Below the pieces are notes generated by a model. It ran no database searches. It saw only the letters and a program-made list of their open reading frames with translations, and was not told where the DNA came from. The position numbers and the translations under genes were made by a program. Source: Leidyana gryllorum EB-2025a (Eukaryota; Protista; Apicomplexa). Taken from it: DNA of 64,000 nucleotides. How positions within the stretch are numbered: the first letter of the stretch is position 1; every line of letters begins with the position of its first letter. Shown in pieces: positions 59,402 to 64,000 of the stretch. The stretch is from contig JBLWGC010000036.1 of NCBI GenBank assembly GCA_048772705.1, positions 1-64,000 of the forward strand, given 5' to 3'.

Positions 59402-62400
59402 CTACTGTCGGCCTTGGCTTTGATACAACCGACTATTATAGGGCATGGTGGGTGGGCGACTGTGATTGATTTTAGGCTGTCCTCTGTTCTTGTAGCTCTT
59501 GTAAGCCGAGGTGGGGACGGGAACGACTTCGGTTCGGGCCGAATCGTCCAGATTCGAGTTTGGTGACTCATTTTCTTGGCCATCGCCAGAAAGATTTCGG
59601 GCAATCTCGCTTTTCGCCGACGAGTGTCCACGAGCAGCCATGGGTGCTGGAGATCCCGGTATCATCGATCTGTCCGGTAGATTGAGCGGGGGAACCGTTC
59701 CGGCCCGCGAGCAGCTCGAACTGGCCGAGAGGGGCTGAACAGTTGTTTTGAACTCCGACACTTTCTCTCGGATCACATGCGGCGATGGAGTGTACGCCGG
59801 AGGAGGGATCTCCGGCAAAGCCCCCGTCCCCCCTGTGGCTTTCTCGCTCTGTCGACTCCTCACTTTGGCCACTGCTTCTGATTTGTGCCGACTTCCCTCC
59901 CCGTTTCCACTCATTCGCTTCAATTCTTCCACGGCAAGCCAGCCGTCATACATCCGTCTCCCATGAGTTTGGCTCCGCGGTGTTAGTCTCAGAACCCCTC
60001 TCTCCGTCTCCTGACCGCGAGAGCGTGCCATGCAGAAGAGCACAAATTGAGATGCCCAGTCGGTGGTGTCGGACGACAGCAGCTCTGGGTGATTTGTAAT
60101 GCCTTCTTCCAAGAGACTCCGTAATCTCTGCATGAATACGAACTGCTTCTCCCGGATATTCGCGCCGGCCCACACTCTGAACTGTTCCTCTGATACCACT
60201 CGGCCATCACCGACTATTGCCTCCACCAACTTCAGATCGTTGATCATCTTCCGATATGTCCCTATCTCAGCAGGTTCCAGTCTATCCATTGGGGGCCGAG
60301 CTGCTTTGGTCAGGCCGAAGATAGCGTCTTCGAGAATGCGTCTCGACTCTTCGCTGTCGTAGGTGTCAGTGACCTTCTGCAGCGACTGCACGGTGGTGTC
60401 AACACGATGTTGGATCTCTGATGCACTATTCATGACATCCGACTTGATCTTCTCGTGCCCTTCCTCAAAATCAGTCATCTCTTTAATCGTCTCTTGTAGT
60501 TGGATGGGCAGCTCCTGGGTAGCCTTAGTGACAATCTCACTGGTTAACCGCCTATGCTTCTCAAAGGCGTCACTAAGTTCCGTGAAGGTCCGAGTCATCC
60601 GGGTTCCACCCTGAGCGGATATCTCATTCCGCTTATTGTCAAAGTGAAGGAATGTCTGAGCCGCTTCTGACTGCCGCGCTTTGAGAGCTGCGCTCAATTT
60701 CTCCTGCAGTCCGTCCAGCGAGGTCAACAATGAGCCGTTCTTCTCCACCTGTTCGGTGACATCCTGACGAAGCTGATTCAGGCCGGTGACATAGTGGCTC
60801 TCGCATTCCTTCAGGGCTGCAACGTAAGCGGTGACAATCTTCTTGTCCTCTGTGACAAACTCATTGAGCCGGTCGTCAACTCGGGATTCGACGTGCTGAG
60901 TCGAGATCATCACATTACTCTTAGCCTTCTCCAGTGACGTGCGGTCGTTACGCCGCTTCTGAGTACAGCTTTCCACAACATCACTGAAGCGTTTCGCGAA
61001 GTCTTGCGTCTGTGGACAGAATGAATTACTCACATACTCGCGAGCAAAAACCTACGAGAGCCTCCAACTGATTCGTCATGCGGTAATGCTCTTCCTCGGA
61101 CCGACTCGCGAGGGTCTCGATTTGTTCCTGCCCATCACATCACGTTTGACTCAACAGACTCAGGTCGCCACCCACCATTGCCGTACTCGTCTCGCGTCTG
61201 AGTGTCCGCAATTCATTCCGCAAAGATCGGATGAGATCGTCCTTCCTGATGGAGTCTCGTTGTAAATGTGTTTGACGCATCACATTAAAGGTTTCGATAT
61301 CCCCAATGAGACCATTGAGTGTAGAAGCGAATATATCAGTGAGTGCACTAAAGTTACGCTTCATAGACGACCTCAACTCTCCCAATTCTTTGGAGACAAT
61401 CCCCTCAACAACATTTATGAGGAATTGTCGCCACTGCTCATCTTCGACTTCTGTGAAAGCTGTTGCCGCTCCATCAATGTCCTTCAAGTACTCCTTCCAC
61501 GAGGTGACGCAGAGCGCATGGAGCCGCTCCTTCATCTGTTTAGCTTTGCTGTCTAAGACGGTGGCGTCATTCGCAAGAAGCTCGCGACTCTTCTCAACGT
61601 AGGTGGTGACAGCTCTCATCACATCGAGGGACCATCGCATGTTGAGATCCCGTCCGTCCCGAGTGGCATCGAGGATGGACTGGAGCAGCCGCCCGGTGAC
61701 TTCCTCTACCAGCGCAGACTGACAAGAAGTGAAGACTTCATGATGCGCATCGATGGAAGAGGAGATGTGGTTGGCCATTGCCTCCAAAGCTTCGATATAC
61801 ATAGCGTTGCTCTCCACATTCTTCTCCATCGCTCCAGCGATCTCATAAGCTTCCAGACTTCTCAAACCAACACACATGGACTCTTGGACAGCAGTGCGTT
61901 GTGTTCGAGCCAACGCTTGCTGCAGTTGCGTCGTCAGCTCGACTTGGCCGCTCAGTTGACTTTTGAGATCATCAGTGAGACGTTCTTGATTCGCCAGCTG
62001 CGTCGTCAAATCGGCGTTGGCCTCACGAATCTCGAACAGTTCACCAGTACACCGGGCGATCTCCTCCTGGAGGACTTTAAGCTCCCGGCCGCCATCATCG
62101 ATCTGGGATTGTATGACATCCCATCTTTCCGATGGCACAAAGACACCTCCAGCTTGGTTCCGGGCCCAGGCTAACTCCTGTTTCAGTCGCTCGATCTCCG
62201 CTGTCAATTCCCGGACGACAAACTTTTGTGTCATACGTTGATTCACTTCAGGGCGGTTGCGGATGTGTTTGGCCCGATGGGCATAGTCTGGGAAGAAGAG
62301 AAGGTGTCACAAGTGTTCGGTCCGGTTTCCACTTACCGAGAGTCGAGAGGGTTTCGTCGCAACTGATTGGACTGGGGGAGACAGTGGCAATGATGCATGT

Positions 62401-63599
62401 TTTGGTCCGTCCTCCCAGACTGTCCGACAGGAGACGTGTGAGCTTGGAGTCCCGATAGGGGATATAAGAGGAGTGCTCGACCAATGCGTTGATGACGCGA
62501 CCCAAAGTCAGCAGAGACTGGTTGATGATACCCGCTTCTTTGGTTCGATCCTTGAGATGGCTGGTCCCAGAGCGTTGGACGTTCTCGCTACCCGCCAAGT
62601 CGACCAAATTCATTTTCCCGATTCTGATTATATCCTCTCCGTCCAGATTGACTTCTTTCATTGTGATAATAACGGTGAAAATTGAGTGGGAACGCGAACT
62701 CTGACGATTCAACATTGTCTCCGCAGTACGACGGCGTCCGGCAGCCAGCGTAAGCAACTCTTTGACCTCAGGCAGATCGTGGACAGTTATCTCTTCCAGT
62801 TTGTCCACCGCTAACCCTTTGGTGACGATTCCGGCCCTCTCGGCCTGATCGCGATCGAATATTCGAAGTGGGAGGCGGTCTCCGTCCTGCAGGAGATCGT
62901 GCAGCTCTTCATTATATATCTCCAAGTAGGAGACTTTGACAGAGAACTCCACTGAGGAGTTAGTCAGACGCTCAAATATCAGAGCCAAGCAACGTGGAAT
63001 CACTCCAACTTCAGCGGGTAACTTGAACGCTATTTCGCGTCCGCTTTCGCCCCCTTCATTCAGGGGTGTGGCGGGCTCTGACTGTCCCCAAAATTAGACG
63101 TCACCACGCTACAACTCACTGTTAGATCTTTCGGCCACAAGCCCTCCATGGTGTATGTCTTGCCTGTGCCCGTTTGGCCATATGCGAATATGGTACAATT
63201 GAAACCGAGCAGGACTTCATCAACCAACGGAACGATGTAGTTGGTGAACAAGCTGTCTTGGCTCGTCATAGGCCCACATACGCCGTCAAAGAGATAGGTT
63301 TTGTCATTGTGTTCACCCCTCTTGACTTGTCGTACAATGAGTTCACGAGACGTTTCACGGCACTCCACGATAGAGTCGATGCCGGGACGTCCTTGCTCGT
63401 AGGCAGCAAGCGGACGACAGCGGATGATGACTTTGACATTGACCCCATTCTGGGTGTGGGAGCTGCTGGAGGATCCTTTGCGGCCGTCATCAGCATCAGG
63501 CAGCTTAGTGTTTGCAGCACGAGGTAGTCCTCGCACCTGATTATTATTGGAAGATCGGTTGGCACGGACCCCTCCGACGGTAGTGCTATTATGTCTCAT
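59402..63599 (-). CDS. Kinesin-5 (BimC/Eg5-type) motor (multi-exon)
   Basis: [67 protein letters not shown], neck [19 protein letters not shown]. Confidence 0.95.
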
Positions 63600-63622
63600 T
63601 GTGCAAGTGGAGGGAGTTAACT

Positions 63623-63643
63623 AAGAAGAAGAAGAAGAAGAAG
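63623..63643. repeat. (AAG)7 / (CTT)7 tract just upstream of the kinesin-5 ATG
   Basis: aagaagaagaagaagaagaag. Confidence 0.85.
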
Positions 63644-63664
63644 CTTCTGATCTTAAAGCGAAGA

Positions 63665-64000
63665 TCAGGGCTCAAATCTCCATTCAATAAGTTCGGGCAC
63701 CTTATCATGGACTTTCATCTCTTTGGGCACTTCCCACTGCTGAGCTTTAGATAACCACTGCTCTCCCTGACCAACTGGACTGATCTCAACGCGAATCAAA
63801 GGTAATCTTCTCATCGCTTTGAGTGTATTCTTGAGTTCATACCATACCACGTCGATTGTGCTTGAAAGGGTTTGAACTCTAGTTGCTGTGAGAGCCTCGG
63901 GTAGGTCTACAACTCCGGGAGGCAGTGTGGTCAAGTTGAAAGCACCCACTTCTTTGACCAAATTCTCTATAAGTTGACGGCCTATTGAGGAGTTGTGAGA
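63665..64000 (-). CDS. 3' end of a hypothetical protein truncated by the window edge
   Basis: Open frame ending at 63665, at least 98 aa. Confidence 0.5.
   Translation of the reverse strand, partial: SHNSSIGRQLIENLVKEVGAFNLTTLPPGVVDLPEALTATRVQTLSSTIDVVWYELKNTLKAMRRLPLIRVEISPVGQGEQWLSKAQQWEVPKEMKVHDKVPELIEWRFEP

Overview
Gene-dense eukaryotic (not prokaryotic) DNA of about 50-55% GC by eye, with many short GT-AG introns of roughly 26-65 nt. The gene content (TPR-bearing formin, oocyst-wall-type Cys/His protein, K+-dependent H+-PPase, chagasin-fold inhibitor) points to an apicomplexan, most likely a gregarine-like lineage (inference). About 30 protein-coding genes were assembled by manual splicing and recognised by motif recall, not by database search. 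They include SAMHD1-like dNTPase, Tpr/Mlp1-like coiled coil, formin, eEF2, integrin-beta-like adhesin, anoctamin, HGH1, Rpp14/Pop8-like, oocyst wall protein, Spc24-like, RUVBL1, Rab2, DBP7, a Cys-loop ion channel, H+-PPase, dPGM, CCDC25, tandem chagasin, IQ+CBM48 protein, ZC2HC1, MAT1, PHF5A, a degenerate 5'-nucleotidase and kinesin-5. The most striking pattern is the gene architecture. Three head-to-head gene pairs have start codons only 24, 27 and 38 nt apart, and each spacer contains a run of exactly seven A's. Several tandem genes are 4-22 nt apart, and two convergent pairs abut or overlap. This suggests bidirectional micro-promoters with near-leaderless mRNAs and/or overlapping or polycistronic transcription. 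No rRNA, tRNA, CRISPR array or intact transposon was recognised.
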